Shown: positions 1 to 9,200, counted from the first letter of the stretch. The stretch is DNA of 64,000 nucleotides from Candidatus Campbellbacteria bacterium (GCA_028817035.1 JAPPQH010000010.1:11546-75545), one strand, 5' to 3'. Notes: a model not told the origin generated them from the letters alone. Program-made: numbers and translations.

Positions 1-6
1 ATTGGA

Positions 7-351
7 ATGTTGTTTGGTCTTGTGAAGAACGAATGGACAAACGCAATAGCTAATGCTCAAAGTATTGATGTAACAGCATGGTGGTTTTTGTTTAAAGCAA
101 TTGGAAATTTGAGCTTCTTACTTGTTCCTACGGGAATAATATTTGCGTCAATTGTGTTGCTTGGTAACAAAAGCAAATTAGCAAAAGTTGCTGGTGTTTT
201 GGGGCTTACATTTGTCTTTCCTTTAGGATTTGGAATGTATATGCAATCTCTATTCCTATTTATTTTGCTTTGGGGACTGCTTTGGACACTCGTAGTTACA
301 GCGTTATTGTGGGTATGGGCAATAAACCCTAGCAAAATTGAAGAGCAATAG
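7..351 (+). CDS. hypothetical integral membrane protein (possibly 5'-truncated at window edge)
   Basis: ORF track; 114 aa with several hydrophobic helices; no recognisable motif. Confidence 0.35.
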   Translation: MLFGLVKNEWTNAIANAQSIDVTAWWFLFKAIGNLSFLLVPTGIIFASIVLLGNKSKLAKVAGVLGLTFVFPLGFGMYMQSLFLFILLWGLLWTLVVTALLWVWAINPSKIEEQ

Positions 352-367
352 AGTTAATCACTCCCTC

Positions 368-1048
368 CTACTCATCAAACAAGTCCTCCATGTTTTCTTT
401 CATTGAGTAGTAATGGTCTTTGGTGACGATTATGTGGTCCACAAATTCTACGCCGAGGATACTCCCTGCCTCTACCAATCTCTTAGTTACATTTATATCT
501 GCATCAGACGGCTCGCTATCATTAGAAGGATGATTGTGTGCTCCCAATATACTTGCCGCATTGTTTTTAACTGCGTATGAAAACACCTCTCTTGGATGAA
601 CCAAACTTGCGTTAACCGTTCCTATACTCACTATCTCTCTTGATATTTCTTTATTTCTTGAATCAAGAAAAAATATTATAAAATGCTCTTTCTGACTCAC
701 CCTGATATCAGCCAACTTCTCCCAAATCTCCTTTGGATCAACTGAAGTTATTGGATACCTGCCGCCCTTTAATCTTGCAGCCAACTCAACACAGGAAAGT
801 ATCTGGCTTATCTTCGCATCACCAAGCCCATTTATCTTTTCCAAATCAGCCCTCTCAATCTTATAATTCTTTTTGCTAAGAAGTCGCCATATCTCGCTTG
901 AGAGCCTTTTAACATCCTTGCCCCTTATTCCACTACCAAGCAATATCTGCATCAATTGGGCATCAGAAAGTTGCTCTGCCCCTTTTTCTTTGAGTATCTC
1001 TCTTGGTCTATCTTCAGTTTCTAATTCACTAAATTTTTTTATCGCCAT
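368..1048 (-). CDS. radC: RadC-family JAB/MPN domain protein
   Basis: 226 aa; C-terminal JAMM motif HNHPSNDSEPSDADINVTKRL and N-terminal helix-hairpin-helix-like GLGDAKISQIL typical of RadC/UPF0758. Confidence 0.85.
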   Translation of the reverse strand: MAIKKFSELETEDRPREILKEKGAEQLSDAQLMQILLGSGIRGKDVKRLSSEIWRLLSKKNYKIERADLEKINGLGDAKISQILSCVELAARLKGGRYPITSVDPKEIWEKLADIRVSQKEHFIIFFLDSRNKEISREIVSIGTVNASLVHPREVFSYAVKNNAASILGAHNHPSNDSEPSDADINVTKRLVEAGSILGVEFVDHIIVTKDHYYSMKENMEDLFDE

Positions 1049-1122
1049 ACAAAAACTATTGGTCTATGATGCCATACTCAGCCCATTGTTGCAATATGAT
1101 TTTATTGCCTTCTATTATTAAT

Positions 1123-1716
1123 TCACCACCTACCCCAAGCGCGATAGACAGTCCAAAGAAGAGCAAGGACGGATACTGTCAGTTGAATGGTTGTAATTGT
1201 GTTGTAAAAGATTAACTCTTTAATTCCTCCAAACTCTGGAGAAATTGAATACATTAGGTGTAGGTAAGTGAAAAGCGAAAGAACTGAAACTATTTTATAA
1301 AACCAAACCCTGGCATTTTCTCTTTTCGTTGTAGCAAAAAGAAATGCAAGTATAAAAAACAAATATGGTAATAAAACAATAAACCAAAACACTATCGGCG
1401 AATTACCAGAACTTAAATGTAAATCATATTCTACTCCAAAATAATTCTCTCCAAAAAAAATAACAGATACCCAAGCCAGTAAGAAAATTGCCAACAAAAC
1501 TTTTATTAATTTATTTGTCTTTTCTGGGGAAGAAAATCTATAAATCAAAACAAACAATGAACCAACTAAAAGCGGTAGTGTTAGAGATTGGAGTAACAAA
1601 GTCGGTGCATAAAACATGACAGATATGAGAACCAGCAAAGGAATAGCCGCCAATACATCTATCACATTTTTAACAACTCTTGAATTCATATATATATTAT
1701 ACACACAACCACTCAT
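1123..1716 (-). CDS. hypothetical polytopic membrane protein
   Basis: 197 aa, 5-6 hydrophobic segments, no conserved motif recognised. Confidence 0.45.
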   Translation of the reverse strand: MSGCVYNIYMNSRVVKNVIDVLAAIPLLVLISVMFYAPTLLLQSLTLPLLVGSLFVLIYRFSSPEKTNKLIKVLLAIFLLAWVSVIFFGENYFGVEYDLHLSSGNSPIVFWFIVLLPYLFFILAFLFATTKRENARVWFYKIVSVLSLFTYLHLMYSISPEFGGIKELIFYNTITTIQLTVSVLALLWTVYRAWGRW

Positions 1717-1953
1717 CCCCTGTCAAGCACGCAAAACCTGCTTGACATTAAGCCAGTAATTTATGCTTTTATTCTCTAACAAGTACTTATATAGGTGACA
1801 ATCAGAAAAGTTTAAAGGCAAAGATAGTTTATATAAACTATCCGAAAAAACTTTTTTGTTTTAGGAAGATGAGGAGGAGAAAGGTTTTTTCTTGGATAAT
1901 GACTAGAATCAATATTGAATATTGAGTTCGCGCTTCGCGCTCACACTATTTTC

Positions 1954-2838
1954 ACCTTATCTCCCCTTATTATCGGGGGCGACAGAAGTTCTAACCGCCT
2001 TATCTCCCCTTATTATCGGGGAGATAATACAACCACCGCGCCTTATCTCCCCTTATTATCGGGGTAGTTGTAATCTCACTGGGCCTTATCTCCCCTTATT
2101 ATCGGGGGGCCACAAACCAGCACGGGCCTTATCTCCCCTTATTATCGGGGCTCCTTTCTGACTTTGTCGCCTTATCTCCCCTTATTATCGGGGGGATGCA
2201 TTCTGCCCCTCGCCTTATCTCCCCTTATTATCGGGGTCGCTCGCATTCTATAATGCCTTATCTCCCCTTATTATCGGGGAAGCGTCAACACCCCCAGGCC
2301 TTATCTCCCCTTATTATCGGGGCGCAAAAGATAAAGACATGCCTTATCTCCCCTTATTATCGGGGATTTTACGCTTACAACAAGCCTTATCTCCCCTTAT
2401 TATCGGGGGGTTATAAAAGGCATCTCGCCTTATCTCCCCTTATTATCGGGGAGTGTCATATCATGACTAGCCTTATCTCCCCTTATTATCGGGGTGAGAT
2501 AATCCCACGGATGCCTTATCTCCCCTTATTATCGGGGAGTTAGTCCTTCGTTTTCGCCTTATCTCCCCTTATTATCGGGGTATATTCTCTCAGAATCGGC
2601 CTTATCTCCCCTTATTATCGGGGCAGGATTATATCGACCTCGCCTTATCTCCCCTTATTATCGGGGAAATACGATTACCGACATGCCTTATCTCCCCTTA
2701 TTATCGGGGACATCTTCAAAAGAACACGCCTTATCTCCCCTTATTATCGGGGTGCTCTTTTTGTATTCATGCCTTATCTCCCCTTATTATCGGGGTTTTC
2801 AATTTTTAAGGTTGCCTTATCTCCCCTTATTATCGGGG
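1954..2838. CRISPR. CRISPR array: 21 repeats of GCCTTATCTCCCCTTATTATCGGGG (25 nt) with 20 spacers of 18 nt, period 43 nt
   Basis: Repeat copies start at 1955+43k (k=0..20) by direct reading. Repeat contains internal palindrome CCCC-N8-GGGG. The base preceding the repeat is a instead of g at the 1955-side copy and at the 2384 copy. Short repeat and 17-19 nt spacers are characteristic of Cas12d/CasY arrays. Confidence 0.95.
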
Positions 2839-2951
2839 AGTTTATCCGATTTCCCCATATAAATACTTGTTAAAGAACAAAATTAACAAACAAAAGTCAT
2901 ATCAAAACACCAATGTTTATTAACTACTATTTAATTATAGCATACTTTTAT
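2839..2951 (-). promoter_or_regulatory. putative CRISPR leader / array promoter (AT-rich, TATAAT on minus strand)
   Basis: 113-nt AT-rich spacer between cas1 stop and first cas-proximal repeat; minus strand reads ...gtatgcTATAATtaaatag. Degenerate terminal repeat lies at the opposite (1955) end. Confidence 0.35.
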
Positions 2952-3995
2952 TTACTTGTCTCTATCGGTGTTGATAACCCAATCCTTTGAAACTCTTTCT
3001 GCTTCAATGTTAAAGTCGGTAGGTCCAGCAGAGCGACCATACAACTTATACCCAACTTTTTTAGGACGACCTCCAAGTGGCCTTCCGGGGATCGGAACAA
3101 TAAACTTTTTGGCATCGCCCAATAAATACGCCCTCAGTGCCAATATGTTACCATGCAAAAGTTCTTGAAAAGTAACTATCTGCCTTGTTTGATGTGTATA
3201 AACTTTTTTATCAAGTAAGTCTTCTACGCCCTTAGTCGCAAATGCAACCAAATTTTTGTTATCCCTGTTAGTTTTATGTACTCCTTTTATTGTTTCAAAA
3301 ATATTTTTTTCAATATAACCTCTGTAGGGTTCCATAAGATCATATACAAGTGATGGATAGTCAGTTGGTATATGCATAAATCCGTGGTATGGACTCATTT
3401 TGTGATAGGTTATATATCTCAAAATCACACCGCTGATTAACTTGGACACTGCGTTTAACACAGAGCTTATAACATTTTTTCTATTTCTTCTTTCTGATTC
3501 TTTGTTTCCCAATTTTGCATAATACTTCTTCCAATACCTCACCGCATGAAGTGCTTCTATAGATCTTAAGTCCTTTACACTTTTTGCAAATTTTATCTTA
3601 TGTATTGTGTGTTTATTGTTGGGCAGAAGCCACTCCATTGATTTCACTTTTGCTAACAATAATTTCCTTGCTATATGTAAAGATTTTATTTTATTTTCTC
3701 TGAAAATAATTTGTTTAGTCAGTATGTCATCTATATTCGTTGTTGTGGTACCAGTAATCCATATAGCCTTTGACATATGCCTTCTATGTATGCAAATTGG
3801 TATGTTATATCTAATGCATAACTGTAAAAACTCTTCATCCAAAGGACATACAGCACCATAAAATAAAATTGAGGAAATTCTACTCCATGGAATATCAAGC
3901 ACTCCGCCCTTGAATTTAAAAGTAGCCTTGTCTTTTTGCCAAGAAATATCGCTAGTATATGGCAACCAAATTGGTATTTTACTTTTTCCTGGCAT
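2952..3995 (-). CDS. cas1: CRISPR-associated endonuclease Cas1
   Basis: 347 aa; conserved Cas1 catalytic region SPYHGFMH...LVYDLMEPYR; directly flanks CRISPR array; 17-nt overlap with upstream effector gene. Confidence 0.9.
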   Translation of the reverse strand: MPGKSKIPIWLPYTSDISWQKDKATFKFKGGVLDIPWSRISSILFYGAVCPLDEEFLQLCIRYNIPICIHRRHMSKAIWITGTTTTNIDDILTKQIIFRENKIKSLHIARKLLLAKVKSMEWLLPNNKHTIHKIKFAKSVKDLRSIEALHAVRYWKKYYAKLGNKESERRNRKNVISSVLNAVSKLISGVILRYITYHKMSPYHGFMHIPTDYPSLVYDLMEPYRGYIEKNIFETIKGVHKTNRDNKNLVAFATKGVEDLLDKKVYTHQTRQIVTFQELLHGNILALRAYLLGDAKKFIVPIPGRPLGGRPKKVGYKLYGRSAGPTDFNIEAERVSKDWVINTDRDK

Positions 3996-6900
3996 TTTTA
4001 CTTATAATATCATTAAAGGATTTTCTTGGCATGTTTAACTTTACTGGTTTGAAACCCATATCTTTGTATTTGTTCATTTCATCTTGGAAATTGGCTTTTG
4101 TATTTTTCTTATCTTTCTTAAACCAAGCCCTTAAACCTATAATCAAAGATGCTTGTATATCTGCATCTGATATATGTCCACAGCCCTTAAATGGGCAAAC
4201 AAAAATTCCAGAGTTTCCTGCTGTCTCGTAAAACTTTTTCCGTTCCTTGTTATCATATTTCTTGAAGAAAGCGTCTTTTATAACTGGATGGTCTTTAAAA
4301 GACTCGCTGTTTAATTTAACATTCTTTTCATTTTCTACATCAAAGATTGGAGGTCTTGCAAAATCTTGTATAGATTTTATTAGTTCTTTTGTTTTCATAG
4401 CACCCTTCTTTTTATCTCCCTCCAAAAAGCCATACACTTCTTGCCCATTATCTATAGTTGCTTTTATATATTTACTATTATTGATTCTTTCCCACTCCCA
4501 AGAAACTTCTTCTGTTTCCTTCTTTTTGCTTGCTTTCTTTTTAGACTTTTCATTTTGCATATCTCTTATAGTGTACAAACTTCTCCAACATTCTGTACAT
4601 ACATAACTTGTCCCGTAAGCACTTTTATGAACACCAATAAAGTTACTAGTGCCCCATACATGCTCTCTTGTCATTTTTTCTGACGGATTATTTTCTGTTG
4701 CAACATCCGCAGTTTTTACTGTTTTATATAAAGCAGTCAATCGAGAGCTACCCGTCTCAAAGTTACTTATTGAAAGCTCATAACTTGGTATCGCATTATA
4801 CCGAACAGCCACATCATGTATACGGTTTTTTAATGAACTACTTATTGATTTTCTGATTTCTGCAAGTTTTGTATTAGAGGATGTAAAGGTCGCTGCTTTT
4901 TGTTTTTCTTTGTTCTCTTTGAATCGCTCTCTGACTTTCCTTATTCCTTTTTCATAATCAAACCAAGAAAATAAAAGTTTTTTATTTTTAATATCTATTA
5001 AAGAAAAGGCGAGACCATATTCACCAACATCTATGCCAAGATACCTATTCCTTTCTTCAAGCTCTGCCTTTATTTCTTTTTGTCCCAAATTCTTTTTTAC
5101 CTTTAACTCAAATGGAATAGAGATAAAGATTTTGGAACTACCCCTCACTTTATTAAAAACTGGCTGATCTTTTGACCAGTCAATTTGATAATCTTCTTCT
5201 CCTATAAATGAATAATCAGAAATTTTTACATCAAAATCCTTATTAATAGAATTGCCAAAAAATGGAGAAGATTCGTTCAAAAATTGAGTTTGGTATTTTG
5301 AACTTTGGATCTTAAAACCACAATTAATATTTTCAACTGGTATAAAGTTCTTCTTCTTTGATGGGTCCTTTGTCTTATCTGATAATTGTAAAAAGTCTGT
5401 TTCTGTTTTTGTTTTAGATAAGTTTTCCTTTTTGGCTATATACCAAAGATTATCTTTTTTATCAAAAACCAGAGGAAAATCAGCACCAGAACCCATGGGC
5501 TGAACAACATATCTTTCTTTAAATATTTTTTTGCTTAATATATTTAGCGTTCCCTTCATTTCTGCAAAGAAATATCTTTGCAAAATTGTATTAATTTTAT
5601 CTCCATCCAATGTCTTACCCTCTTGTAATTTTAGATATTCCCCAGCTTCTTCAAAACGTTTAGTTTTAGAGAAATTTTTTAGAAAATCACTTTTACTGAC
5701 ACTTATCTTTTTATAGTAAGTAATTAATCCTATTCTAATCTTTTCAAGTTCAATAGCATCAATATGTTCTCTTATATTTTCTAATTTTCTTTTCTTAAAA
5801 TCAGGTCTCAGTAAATCAATTAATTTTGGTATTGAATCAAAAATTTCTTCTATATTTTTACCTAATTCTAACTCTTTCCAATTTCCTCTTCTCTTATACT
5901 TTGTAAAAACTTCTTTCTCCTTAAGTCCTTTAATATCAATGCCTGTTGTTGTTGTGATTGCCTTTTGAATTATATTCTGTGCCCAAGGGGTTGAATCTTT
6001 GTATAGATTGTTTAAAGTATCAAATCTTCTTAACAATGTAATTTTTTCATTCTCAACATCTTCATCTTCAATTTTCCTTAATTCTAAATCATTATCTAAC
6101 ATCTTTCTTAATCGTTCAATTATATCCAAACCATCTTTGTACATTTCTTTTGAATTCAATATTTTTGTCAAGTGCTCTTTTTTTCTTATACCAGGAAAAG
6201 TTGGAAATTTTGGCAATGTCGCAAAAACTGATTTATATTTATTTCTCTCTTTCTTCAATTCTTTTTCTTCCATCTCTGGATTTTGTGCTTGTATAAATTT
6301 ATTTAATTCAACACGAAGATCGCCTAAAATTCTTGAGTATATATCAAATGATTTCGCCAATAAATTAGTTTTTATTGATTTATTTAGATTTATCAACTCA
6401 TTTGTTAAATTTTTTAATCTATCAATATTTTTATTATTTTTTTCTTTGATAATATCAAGCAAAGTTTTTAAATGCTCTTCATGTCCAGGAACCCCTACAT
6501 CTTTGCCATCCTTATCTTTTTTGGTATATCCAAACAAAACATGGTCTATGTCTTCTTTTTGATTTTCTGTATTACTTATCCAAGAACTTAATTTACCGCC
6601 CATCGTTGTTCTATATTCTGCCCAACTTTTTGCCATATATGGTGTTTCGGGTAATAATTTTGCACGGGACGATAACCATTTTAATCTTTTTTCTAATTCT
6701 TTTTCTTTACCCTTCCATAAATCAGAGTTAATATTTAATATCATTTCTTTTGCTTTATCTATATCACCTTCACGAACCGGTTTAAGGAATTTATTAAAGG
6801 CATAACTTAGTGGGTTATGATTGGTTGCCATAGCCAAAAAAGAGATTGGGTTTTCGCCATACTTTTTCCTTACTCTGTCTATTAAATCCTGTTCTTTAAC

Positions 6901-7650
6901 ATCTTCTTTGGCAAACTCAAAATCTGGGTGTATAAACAACGCACCTTCATTATTACCTTTTTCTATAAAACTAACTCCAAAATTTTTTGACCAAAATTCT
7001 TTTTGTTTATCTGCTTTTATAGTCTCGCCATCCGACTTACAAATCCCTTTGTATATCTGTTCTGTGTATTTCCTAACCTCTTTTCTATTTTTTATATATA
7101 TACTGTGCTTAAAAATACCTGTTTTACCCTTTAATTTTTCTTCATTTTTATCTTTTGATAAAATTCCTTCAATTCTATCTTGATTACCATAAAATATATT
7201 TTTTATTTCTTCTTCTCCAGATTTCTTTCTTACACCGCCAGAGAGCCTTATTTTATTATTAAAAGAATCAAAATCTATTAAATCAAAGAATTTTAGATCT
7301 TTCTTCTTCATATCCTTCTTGACCTCATTATTAGCACTGTCATCTATAAAACTCTTTATTTTAAATACATTGTCATGAAACACACTTCCAACTCTTAGAA
7401 AATCAAGATATAAATCAAATAATGAATATTCTCCTCTGCCATCTTTCAATGTTGTTGCATTAAACTGACCAACTTGACCTTCATAATCACATCTTATCTG
7501 ATTCATAAGATTTTCTGTTTCTGATTCATCCTTAAATACAATTGGAAATTTTATTGTTCTGATTGCCTTACCACCAGTATATTTTAACCTTCTTAGATGA
7601 AGTTTATAACCTGTCATTCCCTTGTATTTTCTTGATCGTTTTGCTTTCAT
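3979..7650 (-). CDS. cas12d: type V-D CRISPR effector Cas12d (CasY)-like nuclease
   Basis: 1223 aa. RuvC-I LGIDVGEYGLAFSLID (D874, codon at 5029-5031), RuvC-II ...IPSYELSISNFE (E958), zinc ribbon CTECW (C1018/C1021) ... CPFKGC (C1152/C1157), RuvC-III SDADIQASLIIG (D1162/D1164). N-terminus GYKLHLRRLKYTGGKAIRTIKFP and motif WAEYRTTMGGKLSSW resemble published CasY N-terminal/helical motifs as recalled. Operonic with cas1 and short-spacer array. Confidence 0.85.
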   Translation of the reverse strand: MKAKRSRKYKGMTGYKLHLRRLKYTGGKAIRTIKFPIVFKDESETENLMNQIRCDYEGQVGQFNATTLKDGRGEYSLFDLYLDFLRVGSVFHDNVFKIKSFIDDSANNEVKKDMKKKDLKFFDLIDFDSFNNKIRLSGGVRKKSGEEEIKNIFYGNQDRIEGILSKDKNEEKLKGKTGIFKHSIYIKNRKEVRKYTEQIYKGICKSDGETIKADKQKEFWSKNFGVSFIEKGNNEGALFIHPDFEFAKEDVKEQDLIDRVRKKYGENPISFLAMATNHNPLSYAFNKFLKPVREGDIDKAKEMILNINSDLWKGKEKELEKRLKWLSSRAKLLPETPYMAKSWAEYRTTMGGKLSSWISNTENQKEDIDHVLFGYTKKDKDGKDVGVPGHEEHLKTLLDIIKEKNNKNIDRLKNLTNELINLNKSIKTNLLAKSFDIYSRILGDLRVELNKFIQAQNPEMEEKELKKERNKYKSVFATLPKFPTFPGIRKKEHLTKILNSKEMYKDGLDIIERLRKMLDNDLELRKIEDEDVENEKITLLRRFDTLNNLYKDSTPWAQNIIQKAITTTTGIDIKGLKEKEVFTKYKRRGNWKELELGKNIEEIFDSIPKLIDLLRPDFKKRKLENIREHIDAIELEKIRIGLITYYKKISVSKSDFLKNFSKTKRFEEAGEYLKLQEGKTLDGDKINTILQRYFFAEMKGTLNILSKKIFKERYVVQPMGSGADFPLVFDKKDNLWYIAKKENLSKTKTETDFLQLSDKTKDPSKKKNFIPVENINCGFKIQSSKYQTQFLNESSPFFGNSINKDFDVKISDYSFIGEEDYQIDWSKDQPVFNKVRGSSKIFISIPFELKVKKNLGQKEIKAELEERNRYLGIDVGEYGLAFSLIDIKNKKLLFSWFDYEKGIRKVRERFKENKEKQKAATFTSSNTKLAEIRKSISSSLKNRIHDVAVRYNAIPSYELSISNFETGSSRLTALYKTVKTADVATENNPSEKMTREHVWGTSNFIGVHKSAYGTSYVCTECWRSLYTIRDMQNEKSKKKASKKKETEEVSWEWERINNSKYIKATIDNGQEVYGFLEGDKKKGAMKTKELIKSIQDFARPPIFDVENEKNVKLNSESFKDHPVIKDAFFKKYDNKERKKFYETAGNSGIFVCPFKGCGHISDADIQASLIIGLRAWFKKDKKNTKANFQDEMNKYKDMGFKPVKLNMPRKSFNDIISKNARKK

Positions 7651-7698
7651 ATCAGTTTATTTTAGCACAAAGACTTTTATTTTGGAATAAAGCGATAT

Positions 7699-7735
7699 AA
7701 AAAAAAAGCCCCGAGGCTCGAAGAGCACTCGGGGC
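7699..7735 (-). terminator. Rho-independent terminator for gene 7761..8234
   Basis: GC hairpin gccccgag-N12-ctcggggc (7708-7735) followed on minus strand by T9 (A-run 7699-7707 on plus). Confidence 0.7.
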
Positions 7736-7760
7736 GTAATTCGGTTAGAGGAGAAACGGT

Positions 7761-8234
7761 TTATTCACCATCCTGTGTTGAGTCAGCATCCTGCATCAAC
7801 TTCATAAACTCGTCTCGCGCAACCTCGTTTTGTTCCTGGTTGCGTTCACTATAACCTTCGTTTGCAGCATCTCGCAAATCACTCTCTGCAGGACCGATTT
7901 CAGGTGTTGGAGCTTTGTCATACTCTCGGACTTGCTCCTCAAGCAGAGGATTTGCGGGCTGTATCACCGTTTTGGGTCGATACCCCATTTCTACCTGTGA
8001 GTAGATAATGGCTGCCGCAAAAAACACCATCCAGAGACCGATGCACCACTTGTTTGACCAAAGTACATCGCCGACTGGAGACGCTCTTTCGCTTCCGTCA
8101 ACCATTTTGGGGTCTGCTTGCTCCACTTGGTTCGCCATCCTGCGCCAAATAGCAACTGCCGAAACAATCACTACAAGCCACAGAACAACTTTGATAAGAG
8201 CAAACCCAAAGACTGAGATGGCAGTGATATCCAT
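7761..8234 (-). CDS. hypothetical membrane protein (2 TM, acidic C-terminus), co-operonic with SPFH protein
   Basis: 157 aa; higher-GC than genome background; 13-nt gap to upstream SPFH gene. Confidence 0.5.
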   Translation of the reverse strand: MDITAISVFGFALIKVVLWLVVIVSAVAIWRRMANQVEQADPKMVDGSERASPVGDVLWSNKWCIGLWMVFFAAAIIYSQVEMGYRPKTVIQPANPLLEEQVREYDKAPTPEIGPAESDLRDAANEGYSERNQEQNEVARDEFMKLMQDADSTQDGE

Positions 8235-8246
8235 AACATACCTCCT

Positions 8247-9200
8247 TTACTTTTCTTGGTTCGATTCTGCCATGGCGTTGTTGAGTGTGCCCATAAGGAC
8301 TGCGGGATTCTTAAATCCCTCGAAGGGCATTACAAAGACACGACCATCTGGATTTTTGGCGAGTGTCTCCATAATCTTCAACCAACGCTGAGTGACAAAT
8401 GGTTCACTCACACTGTCAGCAAGTACGCGATTGACAAGCGCTTGAGTTTCTGCCTCCTTGAGGTCAACCTCCTGTTGTTTTTTAGCAACTTCAAGGGCAG
8501 CATCTGCCTGTTTCAAAGCTATCTGCTTTTCAGCTTCAGCTTTTTGAATCCCGATTTCGCGTTCTTTTCTGTTTTCCTGAGCAGTGACAACGATTTGGGG
8601 TGGCTGAATATCAGCCAAACCAAACCTTATGGTCGTGATAGGAGTCGATTTCAAACGCTCACGAATATCCTTCACAAGCATAGCAGAAATTTCGCTTCGG
8701 TTTTCCATCACCTGTGCGATACTGTGCTCGGCAAGGATTGAGCGGACTGCTTCACGAACGACCGGCTGTCCATAGGTGTTGTAGACCTTTGCCATTGAAA
8801 TCAGTCGGACACGATTGCTTGGTTGTTGGTCGGCAGTCACACGACTAAAGACCTTTTCAACATTTTCTTTGTCAGAGCTGATTGCAAACACGCCACGCAC
8901 ATCCACATTGAGGTTCAGTTGGTCCTTTGGCATAAAGATTACCATCTGTTCCAAAACCGCATGGTCTGATGCCTCAACGAGGATGAGAGAGTCACAGTTC
9001 CAACAAAAACCTTCCAGCCTAAACTTTGAAGGCTGTATGATCTTTTCTTGAAGACCAGACTCAGTCGAGAGTTTGCCGACATGGGCAGGTGGCACTTCAA
9101 CTCTCTCGCCACACCCCCCCATGGCAAACATGCCCAGCAAAATTGCCATCATTGCAATAGTTTTTTTCACGAGTTTTCCTCCTCTGTGTAAAAGGTTCAA
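8247..9200 (-). CDS. SPFH/band-7 (stomatin/prohibitin-like) lipoprotein
   Basis: 317 aa; signal peptide with lipobox-like AMGGC; band-7 core and long Ala/Glu/Lys coiled-coil (EREIGIQKAEAEKQIALKQADAALEVAKKQQEVDLKEAE); GC-rich. Confidence 0.7.
   Translation of the reverse strand: MNLLHRGGKLVKKTIAMMAILLGMFAMGGCGERVEVPPAHVGKLSTESGLQEKIIQPSKFRLEGFCWNCDSLILVEASDHAVLEQMVIFMPKDQLNLNVDVRGVFAISSDKENVEKVFSRVTADQQPSNRVRLISMAKVYNTYGQPVVREAVRSILAEHSIAQVMENRSEISAMLVKDIRERLKSTPITTIRFGLADIQPPQIVVTAQENRKEREIGIQKAEAEKQIALKQADAALEVAKKQQEVDLKEAETQALVNRVLADSVSEPFVTQRWLKIMETLAKNPDGRVFVMPFEGFKNPAVLMGTLNNAMAESNQEK

Noticed and set aside
1922-2543. ORFs 1922..2161 and 2196..2543 (+) translating to LISPYYRG / PYLPLLSG repeats
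   Set aside because: They lie wholly inside the CRISPR array; the peptide periodicity is just the 43-nt repeat unit translated.
2956-3168. 70-aa plus-strand ORF near cas1 3' end, considered as a possible cas2
   Set aside because: Antisense and fully inside cas1, with no Cas2 motifs and the wrong size or position; no cas2 candidate found in the window.
4247-7183. Plus-strand ORFs 4247..4606, 4441..4683, 5531..5716, 5999..6562, 6821..7183
   Set aside because: All are antisense to the cas12d CDS, low-complexity and Phe/Leu/Ser-rich as expected from reverse-complemented AT-rich Lys/Glu/Asn-rich coding sequence.
8256-9127. ORFs antisense to the SPFH gene (8256..8741 +, 8815..9051 +, 8939..9127 -)
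   Set aside because: They overlap a well-supported band-7 CDS with no independent signals.
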